Below are positions 32,012-40,908 of a stretch of DNA of 64,000 bases, piece after piece. Origin of the DNA: Armatimonadota bacterium (GTDB lineage Bacteria; Armatimonadota; Fimbriimonadia; Fimbriimonadales; GBS-DC); assembly GCA_037445735.1 (NCBI GenBank), contig JBBIJY010000002.1, forward strand, positions 64,001 through 128,000. The letters run 5' to 3'. Position numbers and translations under genes: made by a program. The notes below the pieces were generated by a model. The model had not been told where the DNA came from and ran no database searches. It worked only from the letters and a program-made list of their open reading frames with translations. Each line of letters begins with the position of its first letter. Position 1 is the first letter of the stretch.

Positions 32012-32136
32012 CGAATGGGGTATAATAGTCCTGTGCAGGTGTTCGAGGGGCGCTCTGGACATGCTCGCCGCGCCTGTGGTATAATAGGTGTGGTAGGTGT
32101 TCGGGAGGATGCGCTCCCAATCCAGAAACACCTGCC
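32012..32136 (+). promoter_or_regulatory. Tandem sigma70-like promoters and 5' UTR hairpin
   Basis: TATAAT at 32021 and 32080 (the latter TGGACA-18-TATAAT with TGn); hairpin ggtaggtgtt...aacacctgcc before the AAAGGAGG RBS. Confidence 0.6.
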
Positions 32137-32154
32137 GAAAGGAGGAACGGTGAT

Positions 32155-33288
32155 ATGATGAATCGATGGCTAATGGCTTGTACGGCAGGCGCCATTCTGT
32201 GCGCCACTTTTGCGTATGCGGACGGACGGAAGTCCGAACAACTCCAGTTGTTCGACGCGAACTCGTTGCAGATGGTTATGCCCAAGCGCATGATGAAGGT
32301 GCGCTGGGAGAACGGGCGAATCGTGCCCGTCACCCCGTGGATTGAGCTGGGCGACTATGCGCCCGCCGGACCCTGTGATACATCCGGAGCAACCGAAACG
32401 CTGGTCTTCTCCCATGCTCCTGTTAACGCCAACACAGGCTCATTTGATTCCAGCGTGCAGGTCTGCATCCCAGGAAGCATATTCTACTTTGGACCAACCT
32501 ATCACAACCCCTACTACGCGAACGACATCGAATCGCTGGTGGATTCCTCTTTCGATGGGGCAACCGCTACTTCGTTAACCCATCTCTGGTTCTGGAACCC
32601 TAACTTGACGGATCCAGCCAGTGGTTCTCAACAGTGTTTCATTTTGATCGCCACAGCGGAGCAGTTTGATGTCGAGTGCCAGGTGGTGCATCAGACCTCG
32701 GTTGTTGACGCCATACTGCTGGATTACGGCACGCTCAACGCAGGCGGTTACATCTCCTCAGTTTGCTTGAGCGCCGTTGGTGGTCTCCAGTTGCCTGCTA
32801 CGCCTGCCGATGATGGGGATACAGGCACGGAGGTGCTGGGTGGTTATCTGGTTGTTTATGGACAAGCGTACGATCCTAACGCCAATCAATTGACGCTGGC
32901 ATCAGGGGCTCAGCCGTTTCTCTGGCATACCGCCCTGAACAACCCTCAAAATGGCAGTTCCACCAGCACCCAATTTGACGATGACAACCCAACGGACGGC
33001 AACCATACATCTCCCACTGAATGCTATGACTACACCTTTAACCTCAGCAGCTCTGGCTGTCCCAACCCGAGCCTGCTGGGTGGTACAATCGCGTTCTGGG
33101 CGCAGGCAGCAGGCTGCCAGCCCAGCGGCGGGGATGTGGACGGCAACGGCTGTGTGGATGACGCCGACCTGCTGGCTGTGCTGTTCGCCTTCGGCGGGCA
33201 GGGCGGTCCCGAGGATGTCAACTGCGACGGCGTGGTGGACGACGCCGACCTGCTGGAGGTTCTTTTCAACTTCGGCAGCGGGTGCTAA
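32155..33288 (+). CDS. Secreted Cys-containing protein with C-terminal dockerin-like module
   Basis: Signal peptide (AYA cleavage); ends GDVDGNGCVDDADLLAVLFAFG..EDVNCDGVVDDADLLEVLFNFGSGC. Confidence 0.8.
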   Translation: MMNRWLMACTAGAILCATFAYADGRKSEQLQLFDANSLQMVMPKRMMKVRWENGRIVPVTPWIELGDYAPAGPCDTSGATETLVFSHAPVNANTGSFDSSVQVCIPGSIFYFGPTYHNPYYANDIESLVDSSFDGATATSLTHLWFWNPNLTDPASGSQQCFILIATAEQFDVECQVVHQTSVVDAILLDYGTLNAGGYISSVCLSAVGGLQLPATPADDGDTGTEVLGGYLVVYGQAYDPNANQLTLASGAQPFLWHTALNNPQNGSSTSTQFDDDNPTDGNHTSPTECYDYTFNLSSSGCPNPSLLGGTIAFWAQAAGCQPSGGDVDGNGCVDDADLLAVLFAFGGQGGPEDVNCDGVVDDADLLEVLFNFGSGC

Positions 33289-33293
33289 ATCGT

Positions 33294-33337
33294 CCCTCAC
33301 CCCCTTCCCCCTCTCCCGAAGCTGCGGGAGAGGGGGG
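33294..33337 (+). repeat. Variant CCCTCACCC..CCCTCTCCC/GGGAGAGGG unit directly after a stop codon
   Basis: ccctcacccccttccccctctcccgaagctgcgggagagggggg. Confidence 0.8.
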
Positions 33338-33390
33338 TTGCTCCTCACTCCTTTCTTCTTCAAGGTTAGAGACTGTCTAACACTCCACTG

Positions 33391-33416
33391 GTAGGGGGCG
33401 GTCACCGTGCCCGTAC
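33391..33416. repeat. Degenerate GTAG/GTAC-type REP-like palindrome
   Basis: gtagggggcggtcaccgtgcccgtac imperfect hairpin. Confidence 0.45.
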
Positions 33417-33520
33417 AATCACGCCCTTGCCATCGCGCCCCCGCGCTCGTACAATGCCATCTCCTCATAAAAACAGGAGAACGCGATTGCGCATAGAAAT
33501 AGCAACTGGAGGTGCGATCG

Positions 33521-35296
33521 ATGATGGTGGACACCCTGCCGAAGGCGTTTCTGCGCAGTGTGGAGCAGCACGCCGAGAAACCTGCCCTGCTGGTCAAGCG
33601 CGACCGCGAATATCACCCCATTACCTATCGGGAACTCTATCGGCGCGTGTTCGCCTGTGCGCGCGGCTTGCACGCGCTGGAGGTGCGCGCGGGCGACCGC
33701 GTGGCGATCCTCGCCGAAAATGGACCCGAATGGGCAATCACCGACTGGGCGAACCTGTGTCTGGGCGTGCTCACTGTGCCCATCTACTCCACCCTGACCG
33801 CCCAGCAGGTGGCTGACATCCTGCGCGATGCCGAACCTGTCGCGATGCTGGTCAGCGATAAACGCCAGCTGCGCAAAGCGCGCGAGGCGCTCGAAGAGAC
33901 GGGACTGACGCTCAAACTCATCAGCATCCAGCCCGACGAAACGGGCACCGCCACCACCTTCGAGGAGCTGCTCCAGCTGCCCGGCGAGCTGACCGAATCG
34001 CAGTTTCAACGCATTGCCTGCAGTATTGAACCCGACGAGGTGGCAACCCTCATCTACACTTCGGGCACCACTGGCGAGCCGAAAGGCGCGATGCTCACCC
34101 ACCGCAACTTCATCTCCAATATTGAGGCGTGCCTGGAAGTGATCCCGATCCAGCCGAACGATATCCTGCTCTCATTTTTGCCGTTGAGCCATGTGTTCGA
34201 GCGGTGTTGCGGGCACTTTCTGCCCATCTATGCGGGGCTGACCATTGCCTATGCGGAGAGCCTGTTCACGCTGGCTGCCGATATGCTGCAGGTGCGCCCC
34301 ACCATGATGCTGGGCGTGCCACGCTTCTTTGAATCGGTGCGCGATCGGATTCTCAACTCTGTTCGGGAGCAGACGCCCCTGAAACAGCGGCTGTTCTGGC
34401 AGGCGCATTCAGTGGGCAAGGTGGTCTCCCGCTGCTGGCGTGAGGGGCGACCAAGCCCCTTCCTCACCCGCCTGCTGCATGCCGTTCTGGATCGGCTGGT
34501 GGGCGAGAAGATTCGGGCGCGCACGGGCGGACGCCTGCGCATGTTCATCTCGGGCGGTGCCGCCCTGCCCGGAGAGATTGCCGAATTCTTCCACGCCTTC
34601 GGCATCCTCATTCTGGAAGGCTATGGGCTGACCGAGACCAGCCCCGTGCTGACCGTGAACCCGCCCCATGCACCCCGATTCGGCAGTGTGGGCAAGCCCA
34701 TCCCCGGCGTGGAGATTCGCATCGCCGAAGACGGCGAGATTCTGGCGCGCGGTCCGAACATCATGAAGGGCTACTACAAAAAGCCCGAAGCGACCGCTGC
34801 CGTGATCGACCCCGACGGCTGGTTCCACACGGGCGATATCGGCTATCTTGACGCGCAGGGCTACCTCTACATCACCGACCGCAAGAAAGACATCCTTGTG
34901 CTGGCGAACGGCAAGAATGTGGCGCCTCAGCGCATCGAGAACCTGCTGCGTGCCAGCCCCTACATTCAGGAAGCGGTCGTGTTCGGCGACGGCATGAGCG
35001 CGCCCGTCGCGCTGATTGTGCCCGATATGGAGCGCCTCAAAGAGTACGCCCATCAGCAGGAACTGGACACCACCGACATCCGCAGCCTGCTGGAGCATGA
35101 CATGGTTCTGCGGCTCTATCGGCAGGAGATCGAGAAGGTCAACCGCGAGCTGGCGGATTTCGAGAGGGTGAAGGCATTTCGGCTGCTGCCCAACCCCTTT
35201 ACCATCGAAGGCGGCGAGTTGACCCCCACCCTGAAGGTCAAACGGCGTGTGGTCGCCCAGAAATATGCGGCGCTGATTCAGGAGATGGCGCGGTAG
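33521..35296 (+). CDS. Long-chain fatty acid-CoA ligase (AMP-dependent)
   Basis: IYTSGTTGEPKG, EGYGLTET, GWFHTGDIG, ELTPTLKVKR. Confidence 0.92.
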   Translation: MMVDTLPKAFLRSVEQHAEKPALLVKRDREYHPITYRELYRRVFACARGLHALEVRAGDRVAILAENGPEWAITDWANLCLGVLTVPIYSTLTAQQVADILRDAEPVAMLVSDKRQLRKAREALEETGLTLKLISIQPDETGTATTFEELLQLPGELTESQFQRIACSIEPDEVATLIYTSGTTGEPKGAMLTHRNFISNIEACLEVIPIQPNDILLSFLPLSHVFERCCGHFLPIYAGLTIAYAESLFTLAADMLQVRPTMMLGVPRFFESVRDRILNSVREQTPLKQRLFWQAHSVGKVVSRCWREGRPSPFLTRLLHAVLDRLVGEKIRARTGGRLRMFISGGAALPGEIAEFFHAFGILILEGYGLTETSPVLTVNPPHAPRFGSVGKPIPGVEIRIAEDGEILARGPNIMKGYYKKPEATAAVIDPDGWFHTGDIGYLDAQGYLYITDRKKDILVLANGKNVAPQRIENLLRASPYIQEAVVFGDGMSAPVALIVPDMERLKEYAHQQELDTTDIRSLLEHDMVLRLYRQEIEKVNRELADFERVKAFRLLPNPFTIEGGELTPTLKVKRRVVAQKYAALIQEMAR

Positions 35297-35305
35297 AATC
35301 TCGCT

Positions 35306-36094
35306 ATGCAACTCACTCAGGTCTGGCAAGAGGCGCTGCCTGCCGACACGCTCAGCTTCGATGTGCTGGCGCTGCCGCGTCAGCCGACAATGCTGGTCAC
35401 GCTCGACGAGCAGCGCATCCGCTTCCATCAGTGGCGTTCCGGCGCGTTTCAGGAGGTGCGCACCGAGCCGTGCCGGCTCCAGCGCGAGCTTTTCTGCCTG
35501 TCCAACCCGCCTGGGGGTAAGCCGATTATCTACACTGACGGCAGGGGCTTCGAATGGGGCGAGAAGGCGCTGACGCCCATCATCCCGACGCGCACCGTGC
35601 CCATCGGACGCCTGGTGGACGACGAGGGTCGCACACGCATCCTGGGCTTTGATCATGAGGAGGAGTCGCCCGTCTACTACATCCCGGATAAGCTCGAACT
35701 GGAGGACACCCTGCTGTTCACGCCCGATGATCTGTTTGGTAGCAGGGTGCTGAGCGCGGTGATGGCGATTCCGCGCCTGGCGCGGGCGTGGAGCGCGTTC
35801 TACAGCGCGGGCTATCGTTTCGTGTGCCTGTTGCGGAGTGATAAGAAGCAGCCTCTGCGCGTGTATGGGGTGGCGCCGAACCGAATCGCATGGCTGGAGC
35901 TGCGTAGCGGGCGACCCTACCCGCGCTGGTCGATGCGCCTGGAAAGCATTGGCACATCGCGCAAAGAGCAGTCCCTTATCGTGCGCATGGGCGACCCGAA
36001 AGACGAGGGCAAACTGCTCCTGCTGGTGATGCAGGCGACCGCGAACCGCGTGCTGCTGCGAGCATTCGCACCCATCGGCATCAGGCAGGAATGA
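35306..36094 (+). CDS. Hypothetical protein
   Basis: 262-aa ORF filling the gap between same-strand genes, with typical codon bias; no motif recognised. Confidence 0.6.
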   Translation: MQLTQVWQEALPADTLSFDVLALPRQPTMLVTLDEQRIRFHQWRSGAFQEVRTEPCRLQRELFCLSNPPGGKPIIYTDGRGFEWGEKALTPIIPTRTVPIGRLVDDEGRTRILGFDHEEESPVYYIPDKLELEDTLLFTPDDLFGSRVLSAVMAIPRLARAWSAFYSAGYRFVCLLRSDKKQPLRVYGVAPNRIAWLELRSGRPYPRWSMRLESIGTSRKEQSLIVRMGDPKDEGKLLLLVMQATANRVLLRAFAPIGIRQE

Positions 36095-36190
36095 TGCGAT
36101 GGCTATCATACCTGAGCGCGCACAGCCAGCTATTTGAGCAAGCAGTGCGCCAGATTGAGGGTATCCCGGAAGAGGTACAGTGTATCAACG

Positions 36191-37576
36191 ATGGCAAGGG
36201 CACGAGTGCAATATGTGTGTGCGAACTGCGGGTACACCGCGCCGCGCTGGGTGGGACGCTGCCCTGAATGCGGCGAGTGGAACACCCTGCAGGAGGAATC
36301 GGTCGGCGTCGTACAGCGGTCGCCCCGGCGCGGCAGCGGTCAGACGGTGGTCAAGCCCCTGCTCGCCATGCCCATCACTGCCCTCCCTGAAGAGACCGAA
36401 GCTCACATCCCCACCGGGCTGGAGGAGTTCGACCGCGTGCTGGGCGGTGGCATCGTGCGCGGCGCGATGGTGCTGATCGGCGGCGAGCCGGGCGTCGGCA
36501 AAAGCACGCTGATGCTGCAAATCGCCCATCGGCTGGCACAGTATGGAACCGTGCTGTACATCACAGGTGAGGAATCGGTTCGCCAGCTGCGCCTGCGCGC
36601 CCGCCGCCTGCAGACCGAGCATCCGAACCTGAAGGTCGCCGCAGGCAACGAGCTGGAGAGTGTTCTGGCGCTTCTGGAGAGTGAACTGCCCTTCGCGGCG
36701 ATTATCGACTCCATCCAGACGCTCTACACGCCCGCTGTGGACGCCGTGCCGGGCACCGTCTCGCAGATTCGAACCTGCGCCAGCGCGCTGCAACAGCGCG
36801 CCAAAGCACACGAAATCACGCTGTTTTTGATCGGGCATGTTACCAAAGAGGGCGCGATCGCCGGACCGAAGGTGCTGGAGCATCTGGTCGACACGGTTCT
36901 CTATTTTGAGGGCGAGCCGCAGGGCGCGTTCCGCATTCTGCGGGCGACCAAGAATCGGTTTGGGGCGACCGACGAGATTGGCGTGTTCGATTTGCGGGCG
37001 GAGGGGCTGGTTCCCGTGCCGAACCCGTCGGAGCTGCTGCTGGCGGAGCGGGCTACCGACGCGCCCGGCTCGGTGGTGTTCCCTGCGCTGGAGGGCAGTC
37101 GCGCCCTGTTGATGGAGATTCAGGCGCTGACCACGCCCTCGTTTCTGAACACGCCGCGCCGCGTCATCACGGGGTTGAGCTACGAGCGGGTGAGTCTTGT
37201 GCTGGCGGTACTGGAGAAGCGACTGGGCTACCGTATGATCTCGCACGATGTGTTTGTGAATGTGGCGGGCGGGTTGCGCCTGCAGGAGCCGGCGGCGGAT
37301 CTGGCGGTGCTGGTGGCGGTCGCCTCCGCGATGCGCGATCAGCCGTTGCGCCCCGATCTGGTGGTGTTTGGCGAGGTGGGGCTGGGCGGCGAGGTGCGGG
37401 GCGTGCCGCGCATGGAGGCTCGCCTGCGCGAAGCGGCTCGCATGGGCTTCCGCTACGCGCTCGTGCCCCACAGCAATCTCCAGCGCCCGCACGAACGGCT
37501 CCCGCTCAGCGCGTTCCCCGTCCGCCACGCCCGCGAAGCCATCGCCCAGGCGCTATCGCACGCCGAATCCGTTTAG
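36191..37576 (+). CDS. radA: DNA repair protein RadA/Sms
   Basis: CxxC..CxxC zinc finger, GEPGVGKST, KNRFG motif, Lon-like C-terminus. Confidence 0.96.
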   Translation: MARARVQYVCANCGYTAPRWVGRCPECGEWNTLQEESVGVVQRSPRRGSGQTVVKPLLAMPITALPEETEAHIPTGLEEFDRVLGGGIVRGAMVLIGGEPGVGKSTLMLQIAHRLAQYGTVLYITGEESVRQLRLRARRLQTEHPNLKVAAGNELESVLALLESELPFAAIIDSIQTLYTPAVDAVPGTVSQIRTCASALQQRAKAHEITLFLIGHVTKEGAIAGPKVLEHLVDTVLYFEGEPQGAFRILRATKNRFGATDEIGVFDLRAEGLVPVPNPSELLLAERATDAPGSVVFPALEGSRALLMEIQALTTPSFLNTPRRVITGLSYERVSLVLAVLEKRLGYRMISHDVFVNVAGGLRLQEPAADLAVLVAVASAMRDQPLRPDLVVFGEVGLGGEVRGVPRMEARLREAARMGFRYALVPHSNLQRPHERLPLSAFPVRHAREAIAQALSHAESV

Positions 37577-37729
37577 CCCCTCTCCCCCAGCGGGGGCGAG
37601 GGTACGGGTGAGGGGGCAGGCGTGCCAGCGTGTGGATGAAAACCCCTCACCCCAGCCCTCTCCCCAGAGGGGAGAGGGCGTCGTTCAAGCCCCTCTCCCC
37701 CAGCGGGGGAGAGGGTACGGGTGAGGGGG
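37577..37729. repeat. Three-unit BIME-like palindromic cluster between convergent genes
   Basis: Units at 37577-37616, 37643-37678, 37690-37729; begins at the base after the radA stop. Confidence 0.92.
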
Positions 37730-37736
37730 CTGAACC

Positions 37737-39761
37737 TCACTGATCCCAGCCTAAATGCCCATTAATGGAGATGGTGTACACCGCCTGACCTGTCACCAGC
37801 CGATAGACGGCTAATGGCGTGTCCACCGCAAACTCCGCCAGGATCACCCCCAGCGCAATCGCCCGCAGCTTCTCATAGCCTGGTAAGCCCCAGTAGCGGT
37901 TCACAAACAGCTTGATAATCAGCACCATTAGCAGCCCGAACCAGATGTAGTCGATGCCGAAGTTCATCGAGAGCGCGTAGCCCGCGGGATGGATCGGGAA
38001 GCCCGGCACGCGATAGCGAACGAAATCGAGCAGCAGCACGAAACAGAACGCGCCCGTGAAGAACGCCATCGCCGTTACATTCGGCGGGTAGCGGTTATCG
38101 GCTAACTGCGTGATGACGCCCGCCATGCCGCCCGCCCAGTCCGGTGCACCGTCCCGATAGAACCGATTCACGCTGAACAGCTCGCCCAGAAAGATGCCCG
38201 TTAGCACCGCCGTCGTAATCACAAAAAACAGCCCACGCTGATTGAGGCGGGCAATCTCGCCCATCTTCATCGCCTCCAGCTCGTACGGCATCGGATGCGT
38301 GCGGTGCAAACGGTTCATAAAATGGAAGGTGGTCATCAGGCGAGCGATGGTCGATTCGGAGAGATTCTGCGTGCCCGTGAAGGCAATCATCAGCTGGTGC
38401 GGTCCCATGAACGCCATCTCGTGGATGGGTGCGCCCAGCTGCGCCCGCAGCCGCGTCACAATCACGCTGAACGCCATATAGAGCGCCACATAGATGGTCA
38501 CCAGCCACCAGGGTAGCCCCACCGCCACGCCCAGCCCGATCAGCAGACCCAGACTGAGAATCAGCCCGATGAACGCCCAGCGCGCGGAGAGCGCGTAGCC
38601 CGCGTCGGGATTGAACCCTGTGCGAATCTCGTTCCAGATTTCTTTCAGGTAGCCGCGCGACGCCCACACCACGCTCACGAACAGCCCCAGAAATGCGCCC
38701 CACGACTGCTCGCTGAAATAGGGTGGCTGCGGTACCAGATAGCCCCCACCAAACACGCCCTGCTCGTAGCCCATCGCCGCCGTAATCACCTGCATCCCCT
38801 TGCGCACAAAGTAGAACAGAATGCACGAAAAGAGCAGGTCATTCGGCACGAACACGCCAATCGCCGTCATATAGGGGAACAGCCCCATCGGTATCCAGCC
38901 GACCTGATTCCAGGGCGGGCTTTGCAGGTACTCGTTCAATCGCGCCAGAAAGCGCACCTTGATGGGCGGGATCCACGGATAGAAGAAGTTGAGCGCGTTC
39001 AGCGTGTCGATGGCAGCCATCACGAGGAAGCCACCCCAGAGATATTTGCTGCGCCAGAGCGGCGCCTGCGGCTGGCACAGCAGCATCGGCACCTGCAGAA
39101 TGGGGAACGCCAGCCGCTCCTGCTGAGTCCACAGCCGCCGCATCAGCGCATTAATGCAGAGCATCGCCAGCGCCGCCGAGCCGAACAGCCCCATCCAGCC
39201 CAGAAAGATGGGCAACCACAGCGGCAACTTCATCAGCACATAGGGCATCCCGTGCCCGCCCTGACCGTAATCCTGCAGCGGATCCCCGCTTTTGAAGAAG
39301 AGCCAGCCGGCAACATGGGGCAGCACGCGCGTCTTGTAGGTGTCGTTCTGGTCGGCATACAGCCCGAAGGCGTGCCAGAGCGGTGAGACGACCGCCATCC
39401 ACTCCGCCGACATCGCCGTGCCCACAAACAGAATGCTGAACAGCAGCACCAGATCGGGCGTGCGCAGAAACCAGCGACGGGTCAGTCCGTAGCCGATGGC
39501 GTTCAGCAGGGCAACCGCCATCAGCGCGGAGACAGGCGGGATAATCAGCGAGAAGATGACGCTCACCACGCTCTCCACCGCCCAGTAGGTGGTGAACGGC
39601 AACAGGGCGAACCCGATCAGCAGCGCTCGCAACCGAATCGGGTTCGCCTGTTCCGATGGAGCCACCTCGCTCACAGCGGAGACCATCGCCTCCGATGAGG
39701 GCTTCGTTTGCATCGATGTACGCTTCGATTCGCCCTGCGCCATCAATTGTCCTGCCCGCAC
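37737..39761 (-). CDS. Large polytopic membrane protein (DUF6785/DUF6784-like; start uncertain)
   Basis: Many TM helices; W..QERLAFPI, FPIHPAGYAL and ALGVILAEF motifs. Confidence 0.6.
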   Translation of the reverse strand: MRAGQLMAQGESKRTSMQTKPSSEAMVSAVSEVAPSEQANPIRLRALLIGFALLPFTTYWAVESVVSVIFSLIIPPVSALMAVALLNAIGYGLTRRWFLRTPDLVLLFSILFVGTAMSAEWMAVVSPLWHAFGLYADQNDTYKTRVLPHVAGWLFFKSGDPLQDYGQGGHGMPYVLMKLPLWLPIFLGWMGLFGSAALAMLCINALMRRLWTQQERLAFPILQVPMLLCQPQAPLWRSKYLWGGFLVMAAIDTLNALNFFYPWIPPIKVRFLARLNEYLQSPPWNQVGWIPMGLFPYMTAIGVFVPNDLLFSCILFYFVRKGMQVITAAMGYEQGVFGGGYLVPQPPYFSEQSWGAFLGLFVSVVWASRGYLKEIWNEIRTGFNPDAGYALSARWAFIGLILSLGLLIGLGVAVGLPWWLVTIYVALYMAFSVIVTRLRAQLGAPIHEMAFMGPHQLMIAFTGTQNLSESTIARLMTTFHFMNRLHRTHPMPYELEAMKMGEIARLNQRGLFFVITTAVLTGIFLGELFSVNRFYRDGAPDWAGGMAGVITQLADNRYPPNVTAMAFFTGAFCFVLLLDFVRYRVPGFPIHPAGYALSMNFGIDYIWFGLLMVLIIKLFVNRYWGLPGYEKLRAIALGVILAEFAVDTPLAVYRLVTGQAVYTISINGHLGWDQ

Positions 39762-39765
39762 GGGC

Positions 39766-40884
39766 TTATCCGAGTCGGTTCAGGCGCACGCGATAGATAT
39801 GGGCGGACGCCTCGCGCGGGATGCCGCCGCGTGCCAGCACGCGCTCGATCTGTTCCTGCGAGATTCGCGCGTCGGGGATGGGCGGCACAATCGCGCTGAC
39901 GCGACCCTGCCACTCGACCAGCACGGCGTCGCGCTGGGGATCCACCTGCGCCCCCTCCCGCAACGGCTCATACGACTCCACCAGATAGACCACATAGCGC
40001 AGGGTGGGCAGCTCATGCGGCTCCACCGGCGGGCGGTGCGGGTCCAGCAGGGCGGCGCGTGTGGCATGGTGGATAATCTCGTGGGCGCGGGTCGGCTTCT
40101 GCGGTTTCAGGCTGCCCATCAGCCCACGCAGTTGCTCGTCCTGATAGAGCGCGACGAACACACTGCCTGGCTCTCGCAGCGCCTTCGGCAGGCGCCGCAG
40201 GTCAGGCTCAATCAGCGTGCCCTCCTGCACGAACCGCTCCACCGCTGCCTGTGCCAGCTGCAGGCAAGCCGTCTCCAGCGACGGCTCCGTTTTGCGCCAT
40301 GTGAGGCGTGGCTCCTGACCGCGCAGGATGCGCTGGATGTTGGCGCGATGGCGGAACACCACAATCGCCGCCGCGACCGCCAGAATCGCGACGGCAGCGG
40401 GCGAGTGCCCGAACCAGTAGGCGGCAATCGGCACGGTGATCGCGCCCAGAATGGAGCCGAGCGAGACCCAGCGGGTCAGCCCGAAGGCGGTCAGCCACAC
40501 GACAAAGGCGACGCCAGCGGTCGCAGGCGCAGCGGCTAACAGCACGCCCAGCCCCGTCGCGATGCCCTTGCCGCCCCGAAAGCGCATAAAGGGCGAGAAG
40601 GTGTGCCCCAGTATCGCCGCCGCGCCGATTAGCAAAGCGTCCACATCGCTCTGGGTGGCACGAGCCACCACAAAGGTGGGCAGCCAGCCCTTGAAGGCGT
40701 CCAGCAGCAGCACCGCCACGCCTGCCTTCGCGCCCAGCACACGGAACACATTCGTTGCGCCGATATTGCCGCTCCCATGCTGGCGGATATCGACCCCGCG
40801 CAGGCGCCCCACCCAGTAGCCGAACGGTAGCGAGCCGATACCGAACGCCACCAGCATCGCTCCAAGCAGCGCGTACCACTCCAT
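39766..40884 (-). CDS. plsY: Glycerol-3-phosphate acyltransferase PlsY fused to an AMMECR1-like domain
   Basis: GSGNIGATN, DAFKG, GHTFSPF..FRGGKGIAT, RHRANIQRI; then SVFVAL..LRGLMGS..AALLDP..P. Confidence 0.85.
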   Translation of the reverse strand: MEWYALLGAMLVAFGIGSLPFGYWVGRLRGVDIRQHGSGNIGATNVFRVLGAKAGVAVLLLDAFKGWLPTFVVARATQSDVDALLIGAAAILGHTFSPFMRFRGGKGIATGLGVLLAAAPATAGVAFVVWLTAFGLTRWVSLGSILGAITVPIAAYWFGHSPAAVAILAVAAAIVVFRHRANIQRILRGQEPRLTWRKTEPSLETACLQLAQAAVERFVQEGTLIEPDLRRLPKALREPGSVFVALYQDEQLRGLMGSLKPQKPTRAHEIIHHATRAALLDPHRPPVEPHELPTLRYVVYLVESYEPLREGAQVDPQRDAVLVEWQGRVSAIVPPIPDARISQEQIERVLARGGIPREASAHIYRVRLNRLG

Positions 40885-40908
40885 CCCAGCAGATTATACC
40901 GCAGGCTT

